A stretch of 64,000 bases of DNA from Thermomicrobiales bacterium (lineage in GTDB: Bacteria > Chloroflexota > Chloroflexia > Thermomicrobiales > UBA6265), in NCBI GenBank assembly GCA_965218235.1, contig OZ244595.1, positions 1,062,561-1,126,560 of the forward strand, in the 5' to 3' direction. The position numbers and the translations under genes are program-made. Each line of letters begins with the position of its first letter. Positions within the stretch are counted from its first letter, which is position 1. Below, piece after piece: positions 29,984 to 38,627 of this stretch. The notes below the pieces were generated by a model. The model ran no database searches and was not told the DNA's origin. It worked only from the letters and a program-made list of their open reading frames with translations.

Positions 29984-32416
29984 ATGTCGATTCCGCGACC
30001 CGCCCGGACCGCGAGGACGACCCAAACGCCAGTTGTGCCGTGGAACGGACTGACCATCGCTCCGCTACCGGTCGCCCTGACCCCGATGATCGGTCGCCAG
30101 CACGAGATCGCGGTCGTCACCGGACTTTTTCAGCGCGGAACGTCCCGCCTCGTGACGCTGACCGGGCCGGGCGGGATCGGCAAGACGCGCCTCGCGATCG
30201 ATCTCGTTCATCATCTCCAGACCGAGCTCCGCTGTCAGGTCGCCTTCGTCCCCCTCGAGGCCATCCGACGTCCCCAGGACGTCGTTCCCGCGATCCTCGA
30301 GGCGATCGGCCTCAGCGATCAGGGGCTGATCGACCCTCCGGCGTACCTCGTGTCGGCCCTCGTCCACGCCGAGATGCTAATCATCATTGACAATTTCGAG
30401 CAGGTCCTCGGGGCGCGAGGCAACCTCGCCGAACTCCTGGCCGCCGCTCCTCGCGTGCGGCTGCTCGTCACCAGCCGGTCCCGCCTGCGACTGCGCGGCG
30501 AGCACGTCGTTCACGTCCCGCCACTGGGGTTGTCGGAGCTGGCCGAACCGGGCCCGGCTGATCCCGAAGCGCCTGGCTCGGACGCGGTGCGCCTGTTCGT
30601 CGAGCGGGCCACCGCGGCGGTCTCAGGACTGAGCGTCTCCGGGGCAGAGGCCACGCTGATCGCGAGCATCTGCCGCCGGCTGGACGGGGTACCGCTGGCG
30701 ATCGAGCTCGCCGCCGCCCGGGTGACGCACCTGTCGCTCGCGATGCTCGACCAGCGACTCGGCCGGAGCCTCCCGCTGCTGATCACGGGTGCCGAGGACC
30801 TGCCGGAGCGCCACCGGACCCTCCGGGACACCATCGCCTGGAGCTACGATCTCCTGACGACCAGCCAGCAGCGCATCTTTCGGCAGGTGGCCGTCTTCCG
30901 GGGCGGCTTCTCCCTGGAGGCGGCCGAGATGGTCATGGGCGAGACGCCGGAGGCCTCGTCACTGGACACGGCGGTCCTCGACGGGTTGCAGACCCTGGTC
31001 GAGGCCAGTCTCGTCATCCACGCGACTGAGGCGGGCGGGGAGTCGCGCTACAGCACCCTGGAGACGATCAGCGAGTTCGCTGGCGAGGTCCTGGCCGCCG
31101 CCGGGGCGCTCGATTCGGCACGGCAGCGCCACGCGGACTGGTATCTCGTGTTCGCCGAATCGCGGGAGGTTCGGCCGTTCAGCCCCGAGGCGACGGAGCG
31201 ATCCCGCCAGCTCGCCGGCGAGCAGCCCAACATGATCGCGGCGATCGAATGGTTCGAACGCACCGGCGATCGAGTTGGTTTCGCCCGGCTGGTCGCGGCG
31301 CTGAGCTGGTCCTGGTGGCTTCGGGGGGAATGGCGATCCGGCCAGCCGTGGCTGGGTCAGGTCTGGGACGATCCGGAGATCCGGGGATCGCTTGCCCCCA
31401 CCGCGCTGACGTCGGTTGGGGTGGCGCTCGGTTTGATCTCGGCGGCCGGCTCGGACGATGTGCCGCGCTCGAAGGAGATCCTGGAAGTTTGCCTGGTCCT
31501 CGTTCGAGCCCGGGGCGATGCGCTCGGCATGATCTGCGCCCGGATCGGGCTGGGCTGGGTGACGGGGATGACCGGTGAAATGGACGCCGGCGCCCGGCAC
31601 CTGGAGGAGGCACTCCGGCTCGCGCGGGAACTACCGGCCTCGCGAATGGCGTCCTCCGTAATGGGGGTCATCCTGAACAATCTCGGCGCTGTCTATCGCT
31701 GGGCCGGTCGATATGACGATGCCGCGGCGGTGCTCGATGAGGGACGTGGCCTCCTGGTCGAGGCGAACAACTCGACCGCGGTCCTTTTCAACCTGATCGA
31801 CCGCGGCTATCTCGCGCGGGACATGGGACGGTACGCGGACGCCGCCAGCCTGTTCGCGCAGGTACTCGGTCCCGCTCGCGGGATCGGTGACCGGCGCTAT
31901 CTGCTCGGTGTGCTGGAGGGGATGGCGACCGTCGCCGTCGCCACCGGAGACCATGTCCGGGGCGTCCGGCTGCTGGCGGTCGTCGAAGGAGAGTACCGAA
32001 CCTTCGGAATGACTGGCCACACGCCGAAGGATCGAACGCAACGTGAGGACGCCACTGCCGCGGCCCGGACGGCCATGGGCGATGAAGCGTACGAGAAAGC
32101 TGAGAACGAGGGCGTCCAGCTGTCCATCGACCAGGCCATGGTCCTGGCCAGCGAGCCGAAGCCGATCGCTGTGGGCGTCCGACCGCCGGAACCGGGTCTT
32201 CTGACCCGCCGCGAGACCGAGCTCCTCCAGCTTCTCGCCGGCGGGCGCACCAACCGGGAGATCGCGGAGAGCCTGTTCATCGGGGAGCGGACGGTCGAGA
32301 GCCACCTCGAGCGCATCTACGCCAAGCTCGGTGTCCGGCGGCGACTGGCCGCGATCGCGGCCGCCAACCGTCTTGGTCTGCTGGGTCCGGCGTCGAACCG
32401 GGAGGACCCGAGCTAA
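29984..32416 (+). CDS. Large ATP-binding LuxR-family regulator (NB-ARC/AAA + TPR-like + LuxR HTH)
   Basis: P-loop LTGPGGIGKTRLA. Long helical repeat region. C-terminal LTRRETELLQLLAGGRTNREIAESLFIGERTVESHLERIYAKLGV. Confidence 0.85.
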   Translation: MSIPRPARTARTTQTPVVPWNGLTIAPLPVALTPMIGRQHEIAVVTGLFQRGTSRLVTLTGPGGIGKTRLAIDLVHHLQTELRCQVAFVPLEAIRRPQDVVPAILEAIGLSDQGLIDPPAYLVSALVHAEMLIIIDNFEQVLGARGNLAELLAAAPRVRLLVTSRSRLRLRGEHVVHVPPLGLSELAEPGPADPEAPGSDAVRLFVERATAAVSGLSVSGAEATLIASICRRLDGVPLAIELAAARVTHLSLAMLDQRLGRSLPLLITGAEDLPERHRTLRDTIAWSYDLLTTSQQRIFRQVAVFRGGFSLEAAEMVMGETPEASSLDTAVLDGLQTLVEASLVIHATEAGGESRYSTLETISEFAGEVLAAAGALDSARQRHADWYLVFAESREVRPFSPEATERSRQLAGEQPNMIAAIEWFERTGDRVGFARLVAALSWSWWLRGEWRSGQPWLGQVWDDPEIRGSLAPTALTSVGVALGLISAAGSDDVPRSKEILEVCLVLVRARGDALGMICARIGLGWVTGMTGEMDAGARHLEEALRLARELPASRMASSVMGVILNNLGAVYRWAGRYDDAAAVLDEGRGLLVEANNSTAVLFNLIDRGYLARDMGRYADAASLFAQVLGPARGIGDRRYLLGVLEGMATVAVATGDHVRGVRLLAVVEGEYRTFGMTGHTPKDRTQREDATAAARTAMGDEAYEKAENEGVQLSIDQAMVLASEPKPIAVGVRPPEPGLLTRRETELLQLLAGGRTNREIAESLFIGERTVESHLERIYAKLGVRRRLAAIAAANRLGLLGPASNREDPS

Positions 32417-32442
32417 CGCCGCGCACGCCTGCCCGTTCGCCA

Positions 32443-33804
32443 TCAGGGAGTTGGGAACGGGTCTCCCGCGGGCCATTCAGTCACAGACGCCGCGGCGCCG
32501 ACCAGGGCCGGACGCAGGGCGCCAAAGAACCCGAGGACATCGGCCGGAAGCGTGTTGGTCAGGAACGACAGCGTTAGCCCGGCGTCGTTGCGGAGCAGGA
32601 AGGCGGCGGTCGAGCCACCGAGGGCGCCGGTGTGGGCCCATTCCCGGCCGAGCGGACCGTCCTGGACGACCCACGCGAGGCCGGTCGCCGGCTCCGTATT
32701 GGCGGCTCCGTTGGCCCCCGTGAACGGCGCGTGCGGCGCGGTCAGCATCTGGTCGATGGTCTCGGGCGCCAGCAGGGCTGGTCCGGCCTGGCCGTCGATC
32801 GCGCCGGCGTAACGAACGAGATCGGCGGCCCGGGCGATCCAGCCGCCGTGGGCGTCCATGCCGTCCAGGAAGAAACTGCCGTAAGCGAACGGGCCGAAGC
32901 CCTCGCCAGGAAAGACCGACGGAACGGCCGGAGGGTACTCCGGGGGAGCGTAGTAGAGCACCTCGCCCTCGGCCCGCTCCGACCGGCGGGTCTTGCCCAG
33001 CACCATGTCGGGAATCCCGGCCGGCGCGAGGACCTGCTCCTGGATGTGGGTCTCGTAGCTCTGGCCCGAGACCGTCTCCAGCACGCGACCGAGGACGTTG
33101 AAGCCGAAGTTGCTGTAGACGGCCATCGTGCCGGGCTCGTAGTCCAGCCCGGAGCCAAGCATGAACCGGACGATCATCTTGGCCGATGCGGGCCCAGGCT
33201 CGCCGAACGTCGCGGCCGCCAGCTGGGACAGCGGCAGGTACTGCGGGTCGCCGGAGACGGGTGCGTTCCAGCCGCCGGCGTGGATCAGGACCTGCCCGAC
33301 CGTGACCGTGGCCATGATCGGGTCCACATACGCGCCGGTCGGTGCCTCCAGATCGAGCAGCGGAAAGACCGCATCGTCAAGCGACAGCTGGCCCGCTTCG
33401 ACGAGCCGCATGATGCCGACGGCGGTGATCGTCTTGGTGACGCTGGCAATCCGGAAGCGGTGCCCCGGCTCGACTGGCTCCAGGGCGTCCCGATCGGCAT
33501 AGCCATACCCGCGATTCAGGACCAGGCGGCCCGCGTAGCCGACGGCGAGCTGGGCGCCGGGCAATCCCCAGGTGGCGACGAGATCCCGCATGGCGGCATC
33601 GAGGGCGGCCAGTTCCGGCACCTCCTCGCCGGAGACCGGAACGTCGCTGGCCGTGGGCGTTCCGGGCTCAGGCGTCGCGCTGGTTCCGGCCGCCCAGGCG
33701 GGGTGGCGACCGACACCGGCGAGGGCAACCCCGGCTGGGATGGCCGCGACGGCGGTGCGCCTGGTGATCCGGGTCCTGGACAAGGCCTTCATCTCGTGGG
33801 TCAT
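32443..33804 (-). CDS. Secreted serine hydrolase, beta-lactamase/DD-peptidase (class C-like) family
   Basis: Tat-like leader RITRRTAVAAIPAGVALAGV. SxxK is FRIASVTKT, YxN is VYSNFGFN, and HTG is present. Confidence 0.8.
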   Translation of the reverse strand: MTHEMKALSRTRITRRTAVAAIPAGVALAGVGRHPAWAAGTSATPEPGTPTASDVPVSGEEVPELAALDAAMRDLVATWGLPGAQLAVGYAGRLVLNRGYGYADRDALEPVEPGHRFRIASVTKTITAVGIMRLVEAGQLSLDDAVFPLLDLEAPTGAYVDPIMATVTVGQVLIHAGGWNAPVSGDPQYLPLSQLAAATFGEPGPASAKMIVRFMLGSGLDYEPGTMAVYSNFGFNVLGRVLETVSGQSYETHIQEQVLAPAGIPDMVLGKTRRSERAEGEVLYYAPPEYPPAVPSVFPGEGFGPFAYGSFFLDGMDAHGGWIARAADLVRYAGAIDGQAGPALLAPETIDQMLTAPHAPFTGANGAANTEPATGLAWVVQDGPLGREWAHTGALGGSTAAFLLRNDAGLTLSFLTNTLPADVLGFFGALRPALVGAAASVTEWPAGDPFPTP

Positions 33805-33854
33805 CTCGCGCTGGCTCCTCGTCGGTACAGGCGATAGGGTGAGGACGGCAATCG

Positions 33855-35108
33855 TCAGGCGACCGGTGTGGCGACCGGGGTTCCGGTGGTCGTCGCGAAG
33901 CGATCTGGGAAGAGCATCTGGATGATCTGGATGAAGATCGGGTCGGCGCTGCCGCCGTCGTTGTTGGCCCGGTTCGTAACGATCACGACCGTGGCGTCCT
34001 CCTCCGGCGCGTGGACCATCCAGGAGCTGTAGCCGAAGATCCCGCCGCTGTGGCCGATCAGCCCGTTGACCTCCAGAATGCCGAGACCGTAGCGCACGTC
34101 CAGCACCTGGCCGGGGAAGACACCCCAGGTCAGCCGCTCCCGCTGGGTCGCCGGGCTGAGGATGGTACCGTCGGCAAGCGCCTTCGCCCAGACCCGCAGG
34201 TCGGCCAGCGTCGAGGTCATCGCCCCGGCGGTCCAGGGGACGTAGGGATTGGACGCGGTCATGTCGCGCAGGGTCGCGCCGGGAACTGCGGCCTCATAGC
34301 CGCGCACGAACGGCTCGGGCAGATCGGGCGTGGTCGGGAAGACGGTGTTCGTCAGGCCGAGGGGCCGGATGATGCGCTCGGTGATCGCCACGTCGGCCGT
34401 CTGACCGGTGATCTGCTCGATGACCAGTCCGAGCAGGACGTAGTTGCTGTTGGAATACTGGACGTGGTCGCCGGGCGCGAAGTCGGCCGGGTACTGCCGT
34501 ATGATCTCGACCGCGTTCTGCGGCGTGAATTCCATCAGCGGGTCGAGCTCGTAGTTGGCGGAGAGGATCGGGTCCTCGACGAAATCGAAGATGCCGCCGG
34601 TCATGCCCAGAACCTGACGGATGGTGATCCGGTCGCCATTGGCGATCCCCGGCACGAACGACTCGAGGACGTCATCCAGACCGAGCTTGCTCTCGTCGAC
34701 GAGCTGCAGGATCACCGTCGCGGTGAATGTCTTGGTGATGCTTGCGATCCGGACGTGGTCGTCGAGGGTGACCGGGACGGCGGTCGCCAGGTCCCTGATC
34801 CCGGCCGCGTAGGTCCAGGCGCCCCGGCCAGGATACCAGATGCCGACCATCGCCCCCGGCGTGTTCGTCTGAGCCAGGCCGGACTCGACGATCGTCGTCA
34901 GCGCGAGCTGCTCCTCCGGCCTGAAGCTCGTCTCTTCGGTGGTGGCGATCGGGGTGGCGTCCTGCGCGGTCACGGCGTTCCGTGCGTCGCCGAGGGGCGA
35001 GAGCGCGACAGCGACGATTCCGGCCAGGCCGCCGCCCAGCGCGACCCGGCGGGTCATCTGATGTCCGGTGCGACGTCTGAGCTCGGCGACGGGAAGTCGT
35101 GGATGCAT
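33855..35108 (-). CDS. Secreted serine hydrolase, beta-lactamase family (paralog of the neighbouring gene)
   Basis: VRIASITKTF (SxxK), QYSNSNY (YxN) and GHSGG. The track ORF extends to 35204; I prefer the ATG at 35108 or 35057 ahead of the RR leader. Confidence 0.8.
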   Translation of the reverse strand: MHPRLPVAELRRRTGHQMTRRVALGGGLAGIVAVALSPLGDARNAVTAQDATPIATTEETSFRPEEQLALTTIVESGLAQTNTPGAMVGIWYPGRGAWTYAAGIRDLATAVPVTLDDHVRIASITKTFTATVILQLVDESKLGLDDVLESFVPGIANGDRITIRQVLGMTGGIFDFVEDPILSANYELDPLMEFTPQNAVEIIRQYPADFAPGDHVQYSNSNYVLLGLVIEQITGQTADVAITERIIRPLGLTNTVFPTTPDLPEPFVRGYEAAVPGATLRDMTASNPYVPWTAGAMTSTLADLRVWAKALADGTILSPATQRERLTWGVFPGQVLDVRYGLGILEVNGLIGHSGGIFGYSSWMVHAPEEDATVVIVTNRANNDGGSADPIFIQIIQMLFPDRFATTTGTPVATPVA

Positions 35109-35433
35109 GGTCGTGGTGGTCCTCGCTGGCTTGCCGGGCGGTGCCGGCAATGGTCGGTCCCTGAGCGCGCCGCGGTTCGACCGGGACCGGCTCCCGCGCG
35201 GCAAGGGCGGCCGTTGGGTCGCCAGCCAGGGCGGCTACACACAGGATAGGGAGCGCGCGTGACATTGGGATGCCGTAGAAATACGGAATCGCCAGCCAGC
35301 CGGTACGGAATCGCCGGACCCGCCTTGCCGGGGCGTGAGCCGGGGTCGGGGTATCGAACGGAAACGGAGCCGGCACAAGGCGTGTGCGCGGCTCCGCTGG
35401 GGGACTCTTCGACTGGAGCGGGGTGCCGTCGCG

Positions 35434-36930
35434 TTACTCGACGACCTCGACGGTGCCCATCATGCCCGCGTCCTCGTGGCCGAGGATGTGGCAGTGGTAG
35501 ACGAACTTGCCGGTGAAGTCGGTGAAGCGCGTGCGGATGACGATCTCCCCGCGCGGTGGGATCGGTGTCGTGTCCTCGTAACTCCGTGGCACCGTCCGGC
35601 CGTTGATGGTCATGACCTGGAAGTCGTTGACATGGATGTGGAACGGGTGCCACTCCGGGCTGGCGTTCTGGATCACCCACTCCTCGAGCGTTCCGAGCAG
35701 CACCGTCTGGTCGATCCGGTCCCCGACGAAGGCCTTGTCGTCGATCGCGAAGTTGGGCGCGGTGCTGTTCTCCTGGAAGACGATCGTCCGCTGGCCGTCG
35801 ATCGGCGACGTGCTGAAGTCCTCGCGGTCGATCAGCGTCGTTGGGAGTGCCGCGGGCTCGACCGGCGCTCCGGAGGAGATCAGCGTGGCGACGAGGAACT
35901 CCGGCTGGGCCTGGCTCGGGATGTCTTCCGCCCAGACGATCGAGCGCAACTGATAGATCCCGGCCGCGCTGCCCTGGATCAGGAACTCGCCCCGCTCGCC
36001 CGGCCCCAGGAGCAGGGTCTCGGTCGTCCTCGCCTCGGGAAACGGGTTGCCGTCGGTGGCGATCATATGGAGCTGGTGCCGGGCGAGCTGGAGGTTGTAG
36101 AAGCCGTTGGCGCTCGCGTTGAGTACCCGCCAGCGCTGGGTCTCACCGGGCTGGATGTCGATCTTCGGGTTGATCTGCCCGTTGACGAGATACTGCGTCT
36201 CCCCGCCGGCGTCGCGGAACGGACCCTGAAGGACAAGCAGACGCTCCTTGACGCCGGCGATCCCCGGCAGGTCGTCAAGCCCGCCAGTGACGACGATTGC
36301 TCCGGCCAAACCAGCCGAGACCTGGGCAGAGGACATGCCGTGGGCGTGCGGGTGATACCAGTAGAGGCCCGGCGGGTGGTCGAGCGGGATGTCATAGGCG
36401 TAGCCAAACGTCTGGCCCTTCTCGACGTGGAGGAAGACATTGTCGCCGTTGTCGCTCGGCGAGACGTGCATGCCGTGGACGTGCAGATTGGTCGTGCCGT
36501 CGTCCAGCCCATTGACCAGGGCGACTCTGAGTCGGTCGCCGGGAGAGACCCGGATCGTCGGACCCGGCAACGACTGCTCGTAGGCCAGACGGCCGGCGCC
36601 TCGGGCGGGATCGGGCTGAGCCTGGAGCGTGACGGCCAGGTAGCCGTCCTCGCTGGCCAGGATGGGCGGCTCAACGAAGCCATCCGCTGCCTCCGGCGTA
36701 CCCGCCAGATTGGCAATTGGTGTTGAGACACCGGCTCCGTGGTGTGCTCCAGCCACGGCCTCGGCCGTGGGTGTGCCGCCCGTGCCGGCCAGGGTGTTCG
36801 CCTCCGACCCCAGCCAGCCGACCGTGGCGGTGGCCAGCGCGGCGACCGCGGCACCGGTCAGGTGCCGACGACTCAGGGTCGGTTGCCACGGTTCGACCTC
36901 TGTTGGCTCTGCCGTTCTGACGCGATCCAT
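35434..36930 (-). CDS. Tat-exported multicopper oxidase (laccase/CopA-like)
   Basis: Leader SRRHLTGAAVAALATATV. All four Cu motifs are present: LHVHGMH, WYHPHAHG, HPFHIHVNDF and HCHILGHEDAGMM. Confidence 0.85.
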   Translation of the reverse strand: MDRVRTAEPTEVEPWQPTLSRRHLTGAAVAALATATVGWLGSEANTLAGTGGTPTAEAVAGAHHGAGVSTPIANLAGTPEAADGFVEPPILASEDGYLAVTLQAQPDPARGAGRLAYEQSLPGPTIRVSPGDRLRVALVNGLDDGTTNLHVHGMHVSPSDNGDNVFLHVEKGQTFGYAYDIPLDHPPGLYWYHPHAHGMSSAQVSAGLAGAIVVTGGLDDLPGIAGVKERLLVLQGPFRDAGGETQYLVNGQINPKIDIQPGETQRWRVLNASANGFYNLQLARHQLHMIATDGNPFPEARTTETLLLGPGERGEFLIQGSAAGIYQLRSIVWAEDIPSQAQPEFLVATLISSGAPVEPAALPTTLIDREDFSTSPIDGQRTIVFQENSTAPNFAIDDKAFVGDRIDQTVLLGTLEEWVIQNASPEWHPFHIHVNDFQVMTINGRTVPRSYEDTTPIPPRGEIVIRTRFTDFTGKFVYHCHILGHEDAGMMGTVEVVE

Positions 36931-36981
36931 GACATCCTCCTCTGGTCTGACGGCTGGTGTGACGGCCCGAGAAGGGTCCGG

Positions 36982-38586
36982 TCAGGGTGTGACGACGACG
37001 GTCGCCTGCATCGCCGGGTCGGTGGTGCTGGTGTAGGCAAAGGTGCCGGCGGAGTCGAAGGCGTGGACCCACTCCTCGCCTGAATCGAGCGTGCCGGAGT
37101 CGAACGACCCATCGGTTGCCGTGACGGAGTGCGGACCGCTGTCGAGGTTGGTCCAGGTCACGATTCCGCCAGCCGTCACCTCGATCTGGGCGGGGGTGAA
37201 GGCGTTGCCCTGAATCAGGACGGCCAGCGACGCGATGCCCGGCTTGCCGCCGGGGTCGTCGGTCGTCGCGTTCGGCGCGGCGCCAGTCTCCGGAGTGGCG
37301 TCGGTCGTTGCCGGAGTGGTCTCCGGCGAGGCGGCCGGGACGGTGTCCGGCGTCCCCTCGGCGGAGACGGGCGGAGCGCAGGTCGAGCCGGCGAACAGAC
37401 CGGTCGGCATCGTTACCGGCCCGGCCAGCGTCGGATCGATTCGGACGATCCCGCCCAGTTCGCCGTCGGTCGCGATCGCCGGCATCGAGACGTAGAGCCC
37501 ATTGTCCGGCCCGAGCGCCATCGAGATCGGGAAGTCCATTCCCTCCACGACGACGTCGAGGCTGGCCGGTCCGGTCTGCCGGACGAGCCGGCCGGTGTTC
37601 GGCAGGATGTTGGGTTCAGTCGTCTGGTTGCCGGTCGCCATCTCCAGGGCGAAGAGGGTGCCGTCGGGCGTCACCGCCAGCCCGGTCACCGTCGTGAGCC
37701 CGGTCCAGAAGTCACTGACCGTGCCGTCCGGCTCGACCTTGATGACCTTGGCGGTCCCATCGATGTGCGGCGACGAGGTCAGGAAGCCGACGTAGACGCC
37801 GCCGTCCGGCGCAAGGGCGATTGCGGTCGGGACCGGGTGACCCTCGGAGATATCGGCCAGGACGCCGACCGTCCCGCTCGTCTCGACCCGAAGCAGCAGC
37901 CCCTGGTTGGCGTCGATGACCAGGAACCCACCGTTCCACGGCACCATGGCGAACGGCTCGCCCAATTCGAGGACGTGGTAGAGGTTGCTGGCCGGGTCCG
38001 CCGCGACGTAGGTGGAGAGGTCGCTCACCAGTCGGACGCCGCCATTCGGGGTGCGGGCGTAGAGGCCGTTGGGGAAGTCCGGCCCGACCGCCTCGTAGCC
38101 GCCCGTGGCGTCCTGCAGGATGTAGAGCTCCCCGTCGAGCATCGCCACGCCGACCGGCCCCTGGACGTCGCTGTACGGGTCCTGGGTGGAGGGTAATCCC
38201 GTCACGACCGGCGTGCCGCAGCCATCGATGATCTGAACGACGCTCGCCGACGTTCCGGTCAGCGTCGGACCCAGCACCTGATCCTCGGGCGAGGCATCCG
38301 TCGAGGTCGTGATCGTCGTTCCGCCGCTACCGGCCAGGGCAACGTAGAACTCGCCGTCCGGCCCCCAGGCGAAGCCGCGGGGATTCGCCAGCCCGGTGGC
38401 CGCGACGACGATCTCGCCGAGGCCGGCCCCTGGAGTGGCTTCGGGCGTTCCACCCGGTGTCCCTTCGGGCGTCGCGCTCTGCGTCGCGCTCAGCGTTGCG
38501 TCCCCGATCCCGGCTGCGACCACGGCGGCACCGGCCACGCCGACGAGACTTCGCCGGTTGAGCGACCCTGACATTCGAGAACTCAC
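36982..38586 (-). CDS. Secreted ScyD/ScyE-like beta-propeller fused to a C-terminal cupredoxin-like domain with a degenerate Cu site
   Basis: Tat leader NRRSLVGVAGAAVVAAG. Propeller blades GLANPRGFAWGPDGEFYVA, GLPS, ALAPDGGVYVG, LAVTPDGTLFA. The C-terminus TWTNLDSGPHSVTA...FAYTSTTDPAMQATVVV has Ser and Asp where its paralog has Cys and His. Confidence 0.7.
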   Translation of the reverse strand: MSSRMSGSLNRRSLVGVAGAAVVAAGIGDATLSATQSATPEGTPGGTPEATPGAGLGEIVVAATGLANPRGFAWGPDGEFYVALAGSGGTTITTSTDASPEDQVLGPTLTGTSASVVQIIDGCGTPVVTGLPSTQDPYSDVQGPVGVAMLDGELYILQDATGGYEAVGPDFPNGLYARTPNGGVRLVSDLSTYVAADPASNLYHVLELGEPFAMVPWNGGFLVIDANQGLLLRVETSGTVGVLADISEGHPVPTAIALAPDGGVYVGFLTSSPHIDGTAKVIKVEPDGTVSDFWTGLTTVTGLAVTPDGTLFALEMATGNQTTEPNILPNTGRLVRQTGPASLDVVVEGMDFPISMALGPDNGLYVSMPAIATDGELGGIVRIDPTLAGPVTMPTGLFAGSTCAPPVSAEGTPDTVPAASPETTPATTDATPETGAAPNATTDDPGGKPGIASLAVLIQGNAFTPAQIEVTAGGIVTWTNLDSGPHSVTATDGSFDSGTLDSGEEWVHAFDSAGTFAYTSTTDPAMQATVVVTP

Positions 38587-38627
38587 GGATCCCTTCCTCC
38601 TTCGCTGCTCGCGCGACCTGTTCGGGG

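Noticed and set aside
29298-30053. ORFs that read through the hexamer repeat as (RF)n, (GS)n or (NR)n.
   Set aside because: The repeat is intergenic between well-supported divergent genes, and the surrounding translation has no protein-like features. It is treated as a DNA microsatellite, not a coding repeat.
32632-38196. Series of long plus-strand ORFs (401, 412, 463 and 355 aa).
   Set aside because: Each mirrors a motif-supported minus-strand gene: the serine hydrolases with SxxK, the MCO with all four Cu motifs, and the propeller. They are shadow ORFs.
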